Assembly: GCA_934660865.1 (NCBI GenBank)
Contig: CAKUIA010000008.1
Coordinates: 30,001 to 62,000, forward strand
Source: an uncultured Opitutales bacterium
GTDB lineage: Bacteria > Verrucomicrobiota > Verrucomicrobiia > Opitutales > Intestinicryptomonadaceae
Direction of reading: 5' to 3'
Length of the DNA stretch: 32,000 nt
A program made the position numbers and the translations under genes. Shown here piece by piece: positions 17,446 through 26,839 of this stretch. How positions within the stretch are numbered: the stretch's first letter is position 1; the number at the start of each line of letters is the position of its first letter. A model generated the notes under the pieces. It did no database searches. It saw only the letters and a program-made list of their open reading frames with translations, and was not told the DNA's origin.

Positions 17446-18168
17446 ATGGGCAAGACAAAGAATCATTCGGCAAGAAAAAGAAGAAACGTTCAGGGCGAAA
17501 AGAAGCGTTTTATTTTGATAAAAACCGCCGCAAAACTGTTTTCGCAAAGGGGCTATTTCGACGCCTCCATTAACGACATTGCAAAGCTTGCGGGAACGAA
17601 AACAAGCGCAATCATATACCATTTCGACACAAAGAAAAATTTGTTCCACACAACAATCAGGTACTACTTCATTAACCTGGCAAAGTTGGACACGATTTTC
17701 GACTATTTCGACTACAACGACGCCGACAACAACCCGCAGATTTTCGGCGAAGCACTTTACAATTCGGCAAACCACCTTTTAACGATTCTCTTCGACGAAA
17801 AGAAGAAAATCCCCTATCTAAGCGGCTTGGTTTCGACATTGTTGGTAGATGCAAGAGACCAGATAGACACCGAAATCAGGAATATTTGCTACAATGCCAC
17901 AAACAAACTTATAGACAAACTTAGGGTTTTGCGCCCCGACATAAGCGAAAACAAGCTATACTGGGCGCGCCAATACTACTGGGCAATGGTGTTGTATTCA
18001 ATTTTCGGCAACAAGTTTATTTTGCACGAAATAGGCGCCGAAAGGAAATATCCGCGCGAGTATTTGGATTCGTACGCCTACCGCATTACCATAGGCATTT
18101 GCAAGCTGCTAGACTTGCCCTACCCCGAAAAGTTGGGCGAACCTTGGGTATACAACAAAAAAGACTAG
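17446..18168 (+). CDS. TetR/AcrR family transcriptional regulator
   Basis: N-terminal TetR helix-turn-helix: AAKLFSQRGYFDASINDIAKLAGTKTSAIIYHFDTKKNLF. It is divergent from the GH92 gene across a 217-bp AT-rich region. Confidence 0.85.
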   Translation: MGKTKNHSARKRRNVQGEKKRFILIKTAAKLFSQRGYFDASINDIAKLAGTKTSAIIYHFDTKKNLFHTTIRYYFINLAKLDTIFDYFDYNDADNNPQIFGEALYNSANHLLTILFDEKKKIPYLSGLVSTLLVDARDQIDTEIRNICYNATNKLIDKLRVLRPDISENKLYWARQYYWAMVLYSIFGNKFILHEIGAERKYPREYLDSYAYRITIGICKLLDLPYPEKLGEPWVYNKKD

Positions 18169-18191
18169 CTTTTAACGCAAAGCATAAACGC

Positions 18192-18221
18192 AAAAGAGCC
18201 GAAAATATTTTCGGCTCTTTT
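18192..18221. terminator. Bidirectional rho-independent terminator between the TetR gene and the convergent GH-like gene
   Basis: Perfect hairpin AAAAGAGCCGAAAA-TA-TTTTCGGCTCTTTT, followed by ATTTTT on the plus strand and an A-run further on. Confidence 0.75.
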
Positions 18222-18240
18222 ATTTTTGCGATAAAAAAAA

Positions 18241-19494
18241 CTATTTTTCGGATTCCGCCGGTATGCTAAAAGTCTCGCCGCTTTTAAGCATTTCCTTTAT
18301 CCGGCTTGCCAAATACAGATACCAGTCGCTCTTTAAAGAGTCTTCCAGCGCAACAAAACGCGTGTCGCCCACATTCGGCGGGGTAGACGACAATTTGTAA
18401 ATTGCGGTGGCTTCGCCTATGTCGTCGAAATCCGCAATATACAGGCTTTGCGCGCCGCCTTCCACGCAGCTGCGCGCCATTGCCCAAAGCAAAGTTCCGC
18501 GCTTTCTGGGCACTTTGTCGAGCTTTGAAAACGATTTGGCAACCCCATTTCCCTTTGTTTTGTTGTACCACGAAAAGCCCGCATATACGGAGGGAATATA
18601 CATTATTTTTTTGTCGGAGCACCATTCTATATCGTCGCTTACAAGCTTGTTTAGCGGCGTTTTGCCGTAAAGGGTTGCCCTTAACCCCGTTTTGTCGGCA
18701 AAGCAGCGCCCCACATACCACGGCATTATTATGTCGGCATATTTTGCCAAAAACAGGCGAACTTCTCTTGCGCCTTGCGAATCCTGCGTTCTAAAATTTT
18801 CGTGGACGACAAACATAAGCGAGCAGTTTTGCGACTTTAAAAATTCGGCAAACTTTTCCATCTGCGAAAGCTTTGTTTTAAAGCTTTTCCCCGTAAAACC
18901 TACGCCCCAAATGCACACAAGCGGCTTTAATTTGTAGCGCATATAGTTCGGGCTTTCGGCCAGCTTTAGGGTTTTCGAAATTTCCCGCCAGTCGTCCATA
19001 AGCTGCTGCGCTAAAACTTCGCCGTCGAGATAATACGACAATGCAAAGCCCACTTTGTTTTGCTCGGCCGCCGCCTTAACGTTTGCCAAAACCTTAAAAT
19101 AGTCGGCATATTCGGGCGACATCTTGTTTAGCTGCCCAATTTTTCTGTACAAAAAAGCGCCGTCTATGCCGTATTGGCGCATCCATTTAAAATGCAAGTC
19201 GGCACTTTCGAAATCGTACGAGCTGAATATATACGCCTTTTCGCCGTTGGGATACGAAAACTGCGTTTCGTAGTTTTTAACGTATTCCGAGGTATCGGGC
19301 CACATATCTACCCTGCACGAATTTACGGCAAAGGCGTCGTAATTTTTTGCCGAAGAGCCGTCGTTTGGGCACCTTAGCGAGGCGTGGTAGCCGACAAACA
19401 GCATATTATTGCCTATTTCAAAGGGCGCATTGCCCGCGAAAAGCCCGCCCGAAAGCGCAAAAAGAGCCGTAAATGCAAAAACAAATAATTTCAT
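18241..19494 (-). CDS. Secreted glycoside-hydrolase-like protein (family not assignable by eye)
   Basis: I place the start at ATG 19494 (MKLFVFAFTALFALSGGLFAG, a signal peptide) rather than the track's 19542. DMWPDTSEY...HFKWMRQYGIDGAFLYRK resembles TIM-barrel GH-like proteins that I recall being annotated xylosidase/arabinosidase-like. That family call is weak. Confidence 0.55.
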   Translation of the reverse strand: MKLFVFAFTALFALSGGLFAGNAPFEIGNNMLFVGYHASLRCPNDGSSAKNYDAFAVNSCRVDMWPDTSEYVKNYETQFSYPNGEKAYIFSSYDFESADLHFKWMRQYGIDGAFLYRKIGQLNKMSPEYADYFKVLANVKAAAEQNKVGFALSYYLDGEVLAQQLMDDWREISKTLKLAESPNYMRYKLKPLVCIWGVGFTGKSFKTKLSQMEKFAEFLKSQNCSLMFVVHENFRTQDSQGAREVRLFLAKYADIIMPWYVGRCFADKTGLRATLYGKTPLNKLVSDDIEWCSDKKIMYIPSVYAGFSWYNKTKGNGVAKSFSKLDKVPRKRGTLLWAMARSCVEGGAQSLYIADFDDIGEATAIYKLSSTPPNVGDTRFVALEDSLKSDWYLYLASRIKEMLKSGETFSIPAESEK

Positions 19495-19548
19495 AGCCGG
19501 ATTGTTTTGTAAAAATTTTCCCGATAGCCGTTTGCCGGTCAAGCAAAA

Positions 19549-21000
19549 TTAAGCCACGCCGCAATATACCGTCTTTCCCTTTTCCAAAACAAGCTTGTGG
19601 TCTATGCACTTCGGCAGCTGCGTTTCGTAGTGTCCAACATATATTATTGTTTTGCCGTAAACGCCCAAGTCGTCCAGGGCGTCGTTAAAGAGTCTGGTTT
19701 GGGCGTTGTCCAAGCCCTGGCAAGGCTCGTCTAAAATTAAAAGCGGCGGGTTTTTAACCATTGTTCTTGCAAGCAGCGCCAACCTTTGTTTGCCGAGCGG
19801 CAATGTATACATGTATCTGTCTTTATACTCGTATATGCCGAAAAACTTAAGCAAAAGCTCTATCTTTTTCTGCTCGTCGTAGCTTACGTCCAAAAACCAG
19901 CCTATGCTGTCGTGAAAGCCCGAAGCAACCGAATTGTACACCGTAGAATTTTTTTCGAAATACCAGTGAAGCTCGGGCGAAATTATACCTATCATCTTTT
20001 TTATGTCCCAAATGCTTTCGCCCGAACCCCTCGGCTTTTCGAAAAGGGTTATGTCGTTGGCGTAGGCCTGCGGGTGGTCGCCGTCTAGCAGGCTAAGCAG
20101 GGTTGATTTGCCCGAACCGTTGCTGCCCTGAAGCAGCCATTTTTCGCCCTTGTTTACACGCCAATTTACGCCGCTTAGCACGGTTTTTTCGCCGTAGCGC
20201 ACGCTAACGTTTTTTATGTCTATAAAATTTGTGCAGTCGCACTTGGGGGGCTGCTGCAAAAAGTAGGGAACCTCCTCTTTTACCCTGACTTCGGCGCAAT
20301 TAAGCTCGTTAGCACTTGCTACTTTTACGAATTTTTTGCCTTCAAGCTTGCCGAAATTTGTTGCCGATTCCGGCAACTGCCCGTCGGCGGTTATAAGAAT
20401 ATAGGTTAGCCCCTCTTTCGAGTAGGCGTCTAAAACATCGTTTAAAACATGCCTTGAATTTTTGTCGAGCCCCGTGTATGGCTCGTCTAAAACCAAAAGC
20501 TGGGGCTTGTACCAAAGCGCCATTGTCAGCTGCAATTTTTTGTGCTCGCCGCTGGAAAGCTCTATTAGCTGCGTTTCTTTGCAGTGCAAAAAACCGAATT
20601 TTTCCAAAAGCGGGTGCGCCTTTTCAAAATCAAGTCCGTGTTTTTCGCCAAAGCGCATAAGCTCGGCGTAGACGGTAAGGGTTGTGTCGTCTTCCTGCTT
20701 GTCGTAGCGCTGCTGGTAGTAAAAATTCCTGTCGCCGTCGAGGCTCGAAAACTTATACCAATTATCCATATAATACGCGACGGCCTGCAGTTTGTTTTCG
20801 GGGTTAAATTCGGTTTTAACCGAGCCCGAATCGGGTTTCATCTGCCCGCAAACAAGCTTGCCGAAACTGCTTTTGCCCGAGCCGCTTTTGCCGCCTATAA
20901 CATAGTTTTGCCCGCGCTTTATTTCAAAATCCAGATTTTCGAAAACGCCTACGCCTTCGTAGGCAAGGCATATATTTTGCATCGAAACGATATTTTCCAT
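19549..21000 (-). CDS. modF: ModF-like tandem ABC ATPase (no permease partner in the window)
   Basis: I place the start at ATG 21000 (MENIVSMQNI), because the longer track start would read through the ilvC terminator. There are two ABC cassettes (GGKSGSGKSS/LSSGEHKK/LLVLDEP and GSNGSGKST/LPLGKQR/LLILDEP). LLSLLDGDHPQAYANDITLFEKPRGSGESIWDIKK is collinear with E. coli ModF as recalled. Confidence 0.8.
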   Translation of the reverse strand: MENIVSMQNICLAYEGVGVFENLDFEIKRGQNYVIGGKSGSGKSSFGKLVCGQMKPDSGSVKTEFNPENKLQAVAYYMDNWYKFSSLDGDRNFYYQQRYDKQEDDTTLTVYAELMRFGEKHGLDFEKAHPLLEKFGFLHCKETQLIELSSGEHKKLQLTMALWYKPQLLVLDEPYTGLDKNSRHVLNDVLDAYSKEGLTYILITADGQLPESATNFGKLEGKKFVKVASANELNCAEVRVKEEVPYFLQQPPKCDCTNFIDIKNVSVRYGEKTVLSGVNWRVNKGEKWLLQGSNGSGKSTLLSLLDGDHPQAYANDITLFEKPRGSGESIWDIKKMIGIISPELHWYFEKNSTVYNSVASGFHDSIGWFLDVSYDEQKKIELLLKFFGIYEYKDRYMYTLPLGKQRLALLARTMVKNPPLLILDEPCQGLDNAQTRLFNDALDDLGVYGKTIIYVGHYETQLPKCIDHKLVLEKGKTVYCGVA

Positions 21001-21022
21001 ATAAAAAAGCCCCTTTTGGATT

Positions 21023-21055
21023 AAAAAAGACGGGAGCAATGCAAACTCCCGTCTT
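21023..21055 (-). terminator. Rho-independent terminator of ilvC
   Basis: On the minus strand: stem AAGACGGGAG, loop TTTGCATTG, stem CTCCCGTCTT, running into a T-run (plus-strand A-run 21023-21028). Confidence 0.65.
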
Positions 21056-21074
21056 GTCGAAAAATTAAAACCTA

Positions 21075-22556
21075 TTAGAGAGTTTTAATGGGTTTCATTG
21101 CGGTCATGTATTTGCGCAATTTAATGCCCACAATTTCTATCGGGTGGTTGCGCAATTTTTCGTTTACTTCAACCAGCTGCGCGTTGTCTACCGAGCCGTC
21201 TTTGCCTTCGTTGAAGTCTTTGCCGGCCAATTCGGGAGTTACCTTTTTCATAAAGTCGGCCAACAAAGGTTTGCAGGCGTTGTAGAAAAGGTAGTTGCCG
21301 TATTCGGCAGTATCCGAAATAATGCGGTTCATTTCGTAGAGCTTGCGGCGCGCGATTGTGTTGGCAATTAGCGGAACTTCGTGCAGCGATTCGTAGTATG
21401 CCGAGGCGGGCTGTATGCCTGCTTCGCACATTGTTTCGAACGCCAATTCAACACCAGCCCTTATGAAAGCAGCCAAAATGGTATAGTTGTTGAAGTATTC
21501 CTGCTCGCTTATGTGCATTGTGCCCGCGGGAGTTTTTTCGAAAGCAGTTTCCGCAGTTTCGGCTCTCCATGTCAAAAGCTTTTTGTCGCCGTCGGCCCAG
21601 TCGAGCATCATTATGCGGCTAAATTCGCCCGACATAATGTCGTCTTGGTGCTTTTGGAAGAGCGGGCGCATAATTTGCTTAAGCTCTTCGGCCAACTGGA
21701 AGGCCTTGATTTTTGCGGGGTTCGAAAGCCTGTCGAACATGCCCGTTATGCCGCCGTGTTTCAGGGCTTCGGTGATTACTTCTACGCCGTATTGAACGAG
21801 CTTTGCCGCATACGATGGGTCGATTTTGTTTTCGACCATTTTGTCGAAGCAAAGAACGGAGGCCGTTTGCAGCAAACCGCAAAGAATGGTCTGTTCGCCC
21901 ATAAGGTCGGACTTAACTTCGGCTACGAACGAAGATTTCAATACGCCCGCCTTGTTTGCGCCTATGCCTACGCAATATGCCTTTGCGTATGCCCAGCCCT
22001 TGCCGTCGGGGTCGTTTTCGGGGTGAACCGCAGCCAATGTGGGAACGCCGAAGCCTCTCAGATATTCGGCTCTAACTTCGGAACCAGGGCATTTGGGGGC
22101 AACCATTATAACTGTTATGTCTTTGCGGATTTGCATGCCCTCTTCTACGATATTAAAACCGTGCGAATACGACAAAGCCGAATGGGGTTTCATCAACGGC
22201 ATTGCGGCCGCTATAACCTTCGAGTGCTGTTTGTCGGGGGTAAGGTTAATTACCAAGTCGGCCGAAGGTATCAACTCTTCGTAGGTGCCTACTTTAAAAT
22301 TGTTGTTTGTTGCGTTTTTCCACGAATCGCGCTTTTGGTCTATTGCCGACTGGCGCAATGCGTAGGAAATATCCAAGCCGCTGTCCCTAAGGTTTAAGCC
22401 CTGGTTTAAGCCCTGCGCGCCGCAACCTATAATAACTATTTTTTTGCCCTTCAAAGCTTCTACGCCGTCCGAAAATTCCGAGCGGTCCATCAACGAAGCC
22501 TGGTTTAGCTGTCTTAACTTTTCCCTAAGCGATAGGGTATTGAAGTAATTTGCCAT
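21075..22556 (-). CDS. ilvC: Ketol-acid reductoisomerase, class II (long form)
   Basis: 493 aa. [14 protein letters not shown]..., [12 protein letters not shown] and [12 protein letters not shown] are collinear along the whole length with E. coli IlvC as recalled. Confidence 0.95.
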   Translation of the reverse strand: MANYFNTLSLREKLRQLNQASLMDRSEFSDGVEALKGKKIVIIGCGAQGLNQGLNLRDSGLDISYALRQSAIDQKRDSWKNATNNNFKVGTYEELIPSADLVINLTPDKQHSKVIAAAMPLMKPHSALSYSHGFNIVEEGMQIRKDITVIMVAPKCPGSEVRAEYLRGFGVPTLAAVHPENDPDGKGWAYAKAYCVGIGANKAGVLKSSFVAEVKSDLMGEQTILCGLLQTASVLCFDKMVENKIDPSYAAKLVQYGVEVITEALKHGGITGMFDRLSNPAKIKAFQLAEELKQIMRPLFQKHQDDIMSGEFSRIMMLDWADGDKKLLTWRAETAETAFEKTPAGTMHISEQEYFNNYTILAAFIRAGVELAFETMCEAGIQPASAYYESLHEVPLIANTIARRKLYEMNRIISDTAEYGNYLFYNACKPLLADFMKKVTPELAGKDFNEGKDGSVDNAQLVEVNEKLRNHPIEIVGIKLRKYMTAMKPIKTL

Positions 22557-22625
22557 TTTAGTGTCTTTCTTTTTTTTGTGTTTAAGTTATGCGGGAAACT
22601 GCCCGCGCGTTTTTGTAAAAATTGT

Positions 22626-23294
22626 CTATCCGTGTTTTATGATTTTTTCGGCGATATCCCAAGACTTTTTTGCGTCTTTTTGGGCAATGCTTTTAACCAG
22701 ACTTTCGTGCAGGGTTTCGGCCGTCGCAAAAATTTTGTAGTCTTTGTACTTTTTTAGGTAGCATTTTCTAAGATGCGAAGAGGCCGCCTTGTATAGCTCG
22801 AAAAATATTTCGTTGTGCGAGGCCACCGCTATGGCGGTGTGGAACTCTATGTCGGCGTCGACGCATTTTTTAAGGTCGCAGCTTTTGTTTGCCTGCCTAA
22901 TTTTTTCGAGCGATTCGTTTATGTTTTCCATATCCGAATCGCTGCGCTTTAAAGCCGCCTTTTCCGAAATTTTCATTTCAAGCAGGCGGCGCACCTCGTC
23001 CAAATCGGCCTCGTCGGCGCGGCTTAGACGGCTTGCCATAGGCTCGTCTTTTGCGTAGCGCGACGAAACAAACGTACCCAGACCCTGCCTTACGCTAAGT
23101 ATGCCCGAATTGGACAAAAGCTTTATGGCCTCCCTTACGCTGGAACGCCCCACCCCGAAAAGCTCCATAAGCTTGGGTTCGGCGGGCAGCTTTTCGCCCA
23201 CGGCATATTCGCCCGCCGCAATCTGCGCGCGCAGCCTGTCGGCAACCTCGTCGGCAAGGCTTTTCTTTTGAACTTTTAGGGGCTGTAGCTGCAT
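22626..23294 (-). CDS. GntR family (FadR/FCD subfamily) transcriptional regulator
   Basis: N-terminal winged helix-turn-helix (LPAEPKLMELFGVGRSSVREAIKLLSNSGILSVRQGLGTFV) plus a helical C-terminal FCD-like domain (DIEFHTAIAVASHNEIFFELY). Confidence 0.85.
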   Translation of the reverse strand: MQLQPLKVQKKSLADEVADRLRAQIAAGEYAVGEKLPAEPKLMELFGVGRSSVREAIKLLSNSGILSVRQGLGTFVSSRYAKDEPMASRLSRADEADLDEVRRLLEMKISEKAALKRSDSDMENINESLEKIRQANKSCDLKKCVDADIEFHTAIAVASHNEIFFELYKAASSHLRKCYLKKYKDYKIFATAETLHESLVKSIAQKDAKKSWDIAEKIIKHG

Positions 23295-23552
23295 TTTATA
23301 ATATTGGTTGTCCGCTCAACTGAATATCATATCATCAGATGAATATGCCTTTAACATTCCTCCTGTTTTTTCAAAATGTCAACAAATTTTTAAAATTTGC
23401 GCGTTTTTTGTTTTTTTAGGCAAAAAAATCTCCCCCGCAAAAAACGGCGCTACACTTTTCCGCAAAGCGGGCTATTTGCGGTCATATCCCGCGCAAATTT
23501 TCTCGACAATCGTGCGATTTTGTAAAAGAAATTTACGCACAAAATAAAAAAT

Positions 23553-24377
23553 ATGCTCGGAAAATATTTAGACAACGTGCGCAAGGCAAAACCCCTTGTG
23601 CACAACATAACAAACTATGTAACTGTAAACGGCGTTGCAAACACGCTGCTTGCGTGCGGGGCAAGCCCCATTATGGCCGACGATGCCGAAGAGGTAGCCC
23701 AAATATGCTCTATATGCTCGGCTTTAAATTTAAACATAGGCACTTTAAATGCCCGAACGATTGAGTCTATGCTAATCGCAGCCAAAACCGCCAACGAAAA
23801 CAATATACCCGTTGTGCTGGACCCCGTAGGCGCGGGGGCAAGCAGCCTTCGCACAAAAACCGCCCTGCAGATTATCGATTCCGCAAAAATAGCCCTTGTT
23901 AAGGGCAACTATTCCGAAATTAAAGTTTTGGCAAATGCGGCCAGCTCGCAATCGCGCGGGGTAGACGTTTCGGAAAGCGACGCCCAAGACGCCCAAAACC
24001 TGGCAAAAGCCTCAAAGCTTGCAAAAGACCTTTCCGAAAAGCGCGGCTTTATTGTTGTCATTACAGGCAAAACCGACATTGTTGCCGACGCTAAAACCGC
24101 CTATGCCATACACAACGGCCGCCCCGAAATGGGAAGCATTACGGGCACCGGCTGCCAGCTTTCGGGAATGTTGGCGGCATTTTTGGCGGCCAATAAAAAC
24201 GAGCCTTTGTCGGCCGCCGTTGCGGCCGTATCGGCAATGGGCGTAGCGGGCGAAATTGCGCATGCAAAACTGCAAGGCGGCGACGGCAATATGGCCTACG
24301 CCGCAAAAATAATAGACGCCCTCTACAATATGTCGGCAAAAGAGCTGGACAATTTTGCAAAATATGAACGCTGCTGA
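23553..24377 (+). CDS. thiM: Hydroxyethylthiazole kinase
   Basis: VHNITNYVTVNGVANTLLACGASPIMA, VLDPVGAGAS and ITGTGC motifs. 274 aa. It overlaps thiE. Confidence 0.9.
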   Translation: MLGKYLDNVRKAKPLVHNITNYVTVNGVANTLLACGASPIMADDAEEVAQICSICSALNLNIGTLNARTIESMLIAAKTANENNIPVVLDPVGAGASSLRTKTALQIIDSAKIALVKGNYSEIKVLANAASSQSRGVDVSESDAQDAQNLAKASKLAKDLSEKRGFIVVITGKTDIVADAKTAYAIHNGRPEMGSITGTGCQLSGMLAAFLAANKNEPLSAAVAAVSAMGVAGEIAHAKLQGGDGNMAYAAKIIDALYNMSAKELDNFAKYERC

Positions 24378-25005
24378 TTTACTTGTTTACGCCGTAAGCG
24401 ACAGGCATTGGCTAAAAGACGGCGAGCCGCTAAATAGCGCCATAGAGCTTGCAATAGAAGGCGGGGCAACATTTATCCAGCTTAGGGAAAAGGCATTGCC
24501 CTACGGCGAATTTTTAGAGCAGGCAAAACAAACCGCAAAACTTTGCAAAGAAAAAAACGTAAAATTTGTTGTAAACGACGACGTTCATATTGCAAAGCTT
24601 GCAAATGCCGACGGCGTGCACATAGGCCAAAGCGACGAAACTTTGGCAAACGCCCGCAAAATTTTGGGGGAAGACAAAATTATAGGCGTGTCGGTTCAAT
24701 CCGTACAACAGGCGCTGCAGGCCGAAAGAGGCTCGGCCGACTATCTGGGAGTTGGGGCTATGTTTAAAACTTCGTCGAAAGACGATGCCAAAATAGTTTC
24801 GATTAACACATTAAGGGAAATATGCAATGCGGTAAAAATTCCCGTTGTTGCAATAGGCGGCATAAATCTCGAAAACATTGAACTTTTCGAAAAAAGCGGG
24901 ATTTGCGGAGTTGCCGTAATAAGCGCAATTTTCGGGCAAAAAGACATAAAAAAAGCGGCGGCCCTTTTGAGAACCGCCGCAAAAAAATTTTTAAAGCAGG
25001 CCTAA
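24364..25005 (+). CDS. thiE: Thiamine-phosphate synthase
   Basis: I choose ATG 24364 (MNAADLLVYAVSD); the track start at 24355 is TTG. Motifs: IQLREK, VNDDVHIA, ADGVHIGQSD, IGVS and VVAIGGI. It overlaps the thiM 3' end by 14 nt. Confidence 0.9.
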   Translation: MNAADLLVYAVSDRHWLKDGEPLNSAIELAIEGGATFIQLREKALPYGEFLEQAKQTAKLCKEKNVKFVVNDDVHIAKLANADGVHIGQSDETLANARKILGEDKIIGVSVQSVQQALQAERGSADYLGVGAMFKTSSKDDAKIVSINTLREICNAVKIPVVAIGGINLENIELFEKSGICGVAVISAIFGQKDIKKAAALLRTAAKKFLKQA

Positions 25006-25027
25006 ACAACCCGCATTTTAATGCGCG

Positions 25028-26680
25028 CTACGCCAGGAATATGATTATCATTTGCGCGCACAATACCCTCATAAACATCGAAAGCGGGTAAACCGTAGAA
25101 TACGCAACATTGGGCCTGTCGCACGGCGATATGGAATTCGAATACGCCAATGCCGTCGGGTTTGTCATAGAGCCCGAAAGCATACCCAAAATCGTATAGT
25201 AGTCGCACTTAAAGAGCCTGCCGACTATGCACATAAAAAACGCCGAAGCCAACGTTATAACCGCGCCCAGACACATCCATTCAAAGCCGTCGCCGTGCGT
25301 CATTGTGTCTACAAACGAGCCGCCCGCGCCCAAGCCTACGCCCGCCAAAAATAGCGAAATGCCTATTTCCCTAATCATAAAGTTTGCGCTCATTGTCATA
25401 TAGGTGGGGAATTTCATTTGGTAGCCGTAGCGCCCCATAAGTATTGCAACAATAAGCGGGCCGCCCGCCAAACCCAGTTTTATGGGCTGCGGAACACCCG
25501 GAATAAGTATGGGCAAAGTGCCCAAAAGCATACCCAAAATAAGACCGACAAACAAGGGCAGCAAATTGGGTTTGCGCAGCTTTAGCATGGAATTGCCCAA
25601 GGTTTTTTCAACCCCCGAAACGGCTTCGGGCATACCCACAACCGTTGCCCTGTCGCCAAGCTGAAGTTTTAAATCTGGGTGGGCAACAAGGTCTATGCCC
25701 GCCCTGTTTACCCTTGTAATGTTAAAGGAATAGCCGCCGGCCAAGCCCAATTTTTGAAGGTCTTTACCCGCAACTTCTATGTTGCTTACCATTATGCGCC
25801 TTGCCTCAAGCTTCGAGAACGACTTGTTCCATTCCATATTTATCTTTTCGCCCAGCTTTGCGCAAATGTTGTCGGCCAAATTTTCGTCGCATATAACCCT
25901 AAGCTTGTCGCCTTCGGCAAAAACCGTGTCGGGGGTAACGCCGTCAAACTCGCCGTTTGCGCGGCATATTCTCGATATTACAAAGTCCGAATTAAGCAAC
26001 TCGGCGGCCTTGCACATTTTTTTGCCGATTAAGTCCTGGTTTGTAAGCAGCACCGAAACCCTTACAACATTCTTTGCCGCCCCGCTGCCCGAAATTTTTG
26101 CCATTTCCCTTTCGGGGTTAATCCTAAAGGCGTATTTCATTAAAATAATTGTGCCTATAACGCCCAAAACGCCGAATGGATACGCCACGGCATAGCCCAA
26201 GCTTATGGTAGTGTCGGCGGCATTGTGTATGTCCGAATAGGTCTGCTGGGCGGCACCCAAACCGGGAGTGTTTGTAACCGCGCCCGAAAGCACGCCCGAC
26301 ATTGTCGAAATGGAAGTATTGGTTGCATACCCCAACATAACCGCAACGGCCGAGCTAAAAAGCACGCCTCCTACGGCAATCATATTCATCTTAAAGCCGT
26401 CTTTTTTAAACGACGAAAAGAAACCCGGGCCCACCTGCAAACCTATCGAGTATACGAACAAGACAAGGCCGAATTCCTTCATAAAGTGGAGAACGCCGTC
26501 TTCCACCGTAATGCCGAAGTGCGACAGCGCCAATCCCGCAAAAAGCACCCATGTAATGCCGAGCGAAATGCCGCAAATCTTAACTTTGCCCAGGGCCACG
26601 CCCAAGGCTATAACCGCCGAAAACACGGCTATTGAATGGGCAATGCCCGTACCGAAAACCAAGTTGTTTATCCAATCCAT
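25028..26680 (-). CDS. YidE/YbjL-type putative transporter (aspartate:alanine exchanger family; two membrane halves flanking a soluble TrkA-C-like region)
   Basis: 550 aa. Two homologous hydrophobic halves surround a central soluble segment (VISRICRANGEF...GDKLRV, ITRVNRAGIDLV...LQLGDRATVVG). The N-terminus resembles YidE/YbjL. Confidence 0.8.
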   Translation of the reverse strand: MDWINNLVFGTGIAHSIAVFSAVIALGVALGKVKICGISLGITWVLFAGLALSHFGITVEDGVLHFMKEFGLVLFVYSIGLQVGPGFFSSFKKDGFKMNMIAVGGVLFSSAVAVMLGYATNTSISTMSGVLSGAVTNTPGLGAAQQTYSDIHNAADTTISLGYAVAYPFGVLGVIGTIILMKYAFRINPEREMAKISGSGAAKNVVRVSVLLTNQDLIGKKMCKAAELLNSDFVISRICRANGEFDGVTPDTVFAEGDKLRVICDENLADNICAKLGEKINMEWNKSFSKLEARRIMVSNIEVAGKDLQKLGLAGGYSFNITRVNRAGIDLVAHPDLKLQLGDRATVVGMPEAVSGVEKTLGNSMLKLRKPNLLPLFVGLILGMLLGTLPILIPGVPQPIKLGLAGGPLIVAILMGRYGYQMKFPTYMTMSANFMIREIGISLFLAGVGLGAGGSFVDTMTHGDGFEWMCLGAVITLASAFFMCIVGRLFKCDYYTILGMLSGSMTNPTALAYSNSISPCDRPNVAYSTVYPLSMFMRVLCAQMIIIFLA

Positions 26681-26839
26681 TTTGCGTAAAAAAGTCGTTT
26701 TTTGCGCCGCATATACTTTATTTCATTCAAACAGCGACGCCCTAAACCCGCTATTTTACCTCATTGCCTAAATCAATTCAATATGTCAAAATTATCAGTT
26801 TAATAATTAAAAACGATTAACTTTGAAATATTGCCATTT

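Noticed and set aside
21001-21039. Longer start for the modF-like gene. Likewise 19495-19542 for the GH-like gene.
   Set aside because: The modF extension overlaps the ilvC terminator stem. The GH-like extension precedes a much better signal-peptide Met (19494).
21381-22397. 338-aa ORF antisense to ilvC
   Set aside because: It lies opposite a highly conserved enzyme gene. Its composition (F/V/R/C rich) is typical of a shadow ORF produced by codon bias, and it has no motifs.
23308-23547. 79-aa ORF (TTG start) in the thiM leader, and a possible TPP riboswitch there
   Set aside because: The ORF has no coding-like composition or start context. THI-box hallmarks (CUGAGA, conserved P4/P5 sequence) are not visible on either strand. 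The absence of the riboswitch is reported as a finding rather than as a feature.
25011-25025. Small hairpin CGCAT-TTTA-ATGCG between convergent thiE and the YidE-like gene, considered as a terminator
   Set aside because: The stem is only 5 bp with no flanking T/A runs, which is too weak to call.
26790-26805. AT-only palindrome TTTAATAATTAAA upstream of the YidE-like gene
   Set aside because: A palindrome of this kind is expected by chance in AT-rich spacer DNA, and there is no supporting context.
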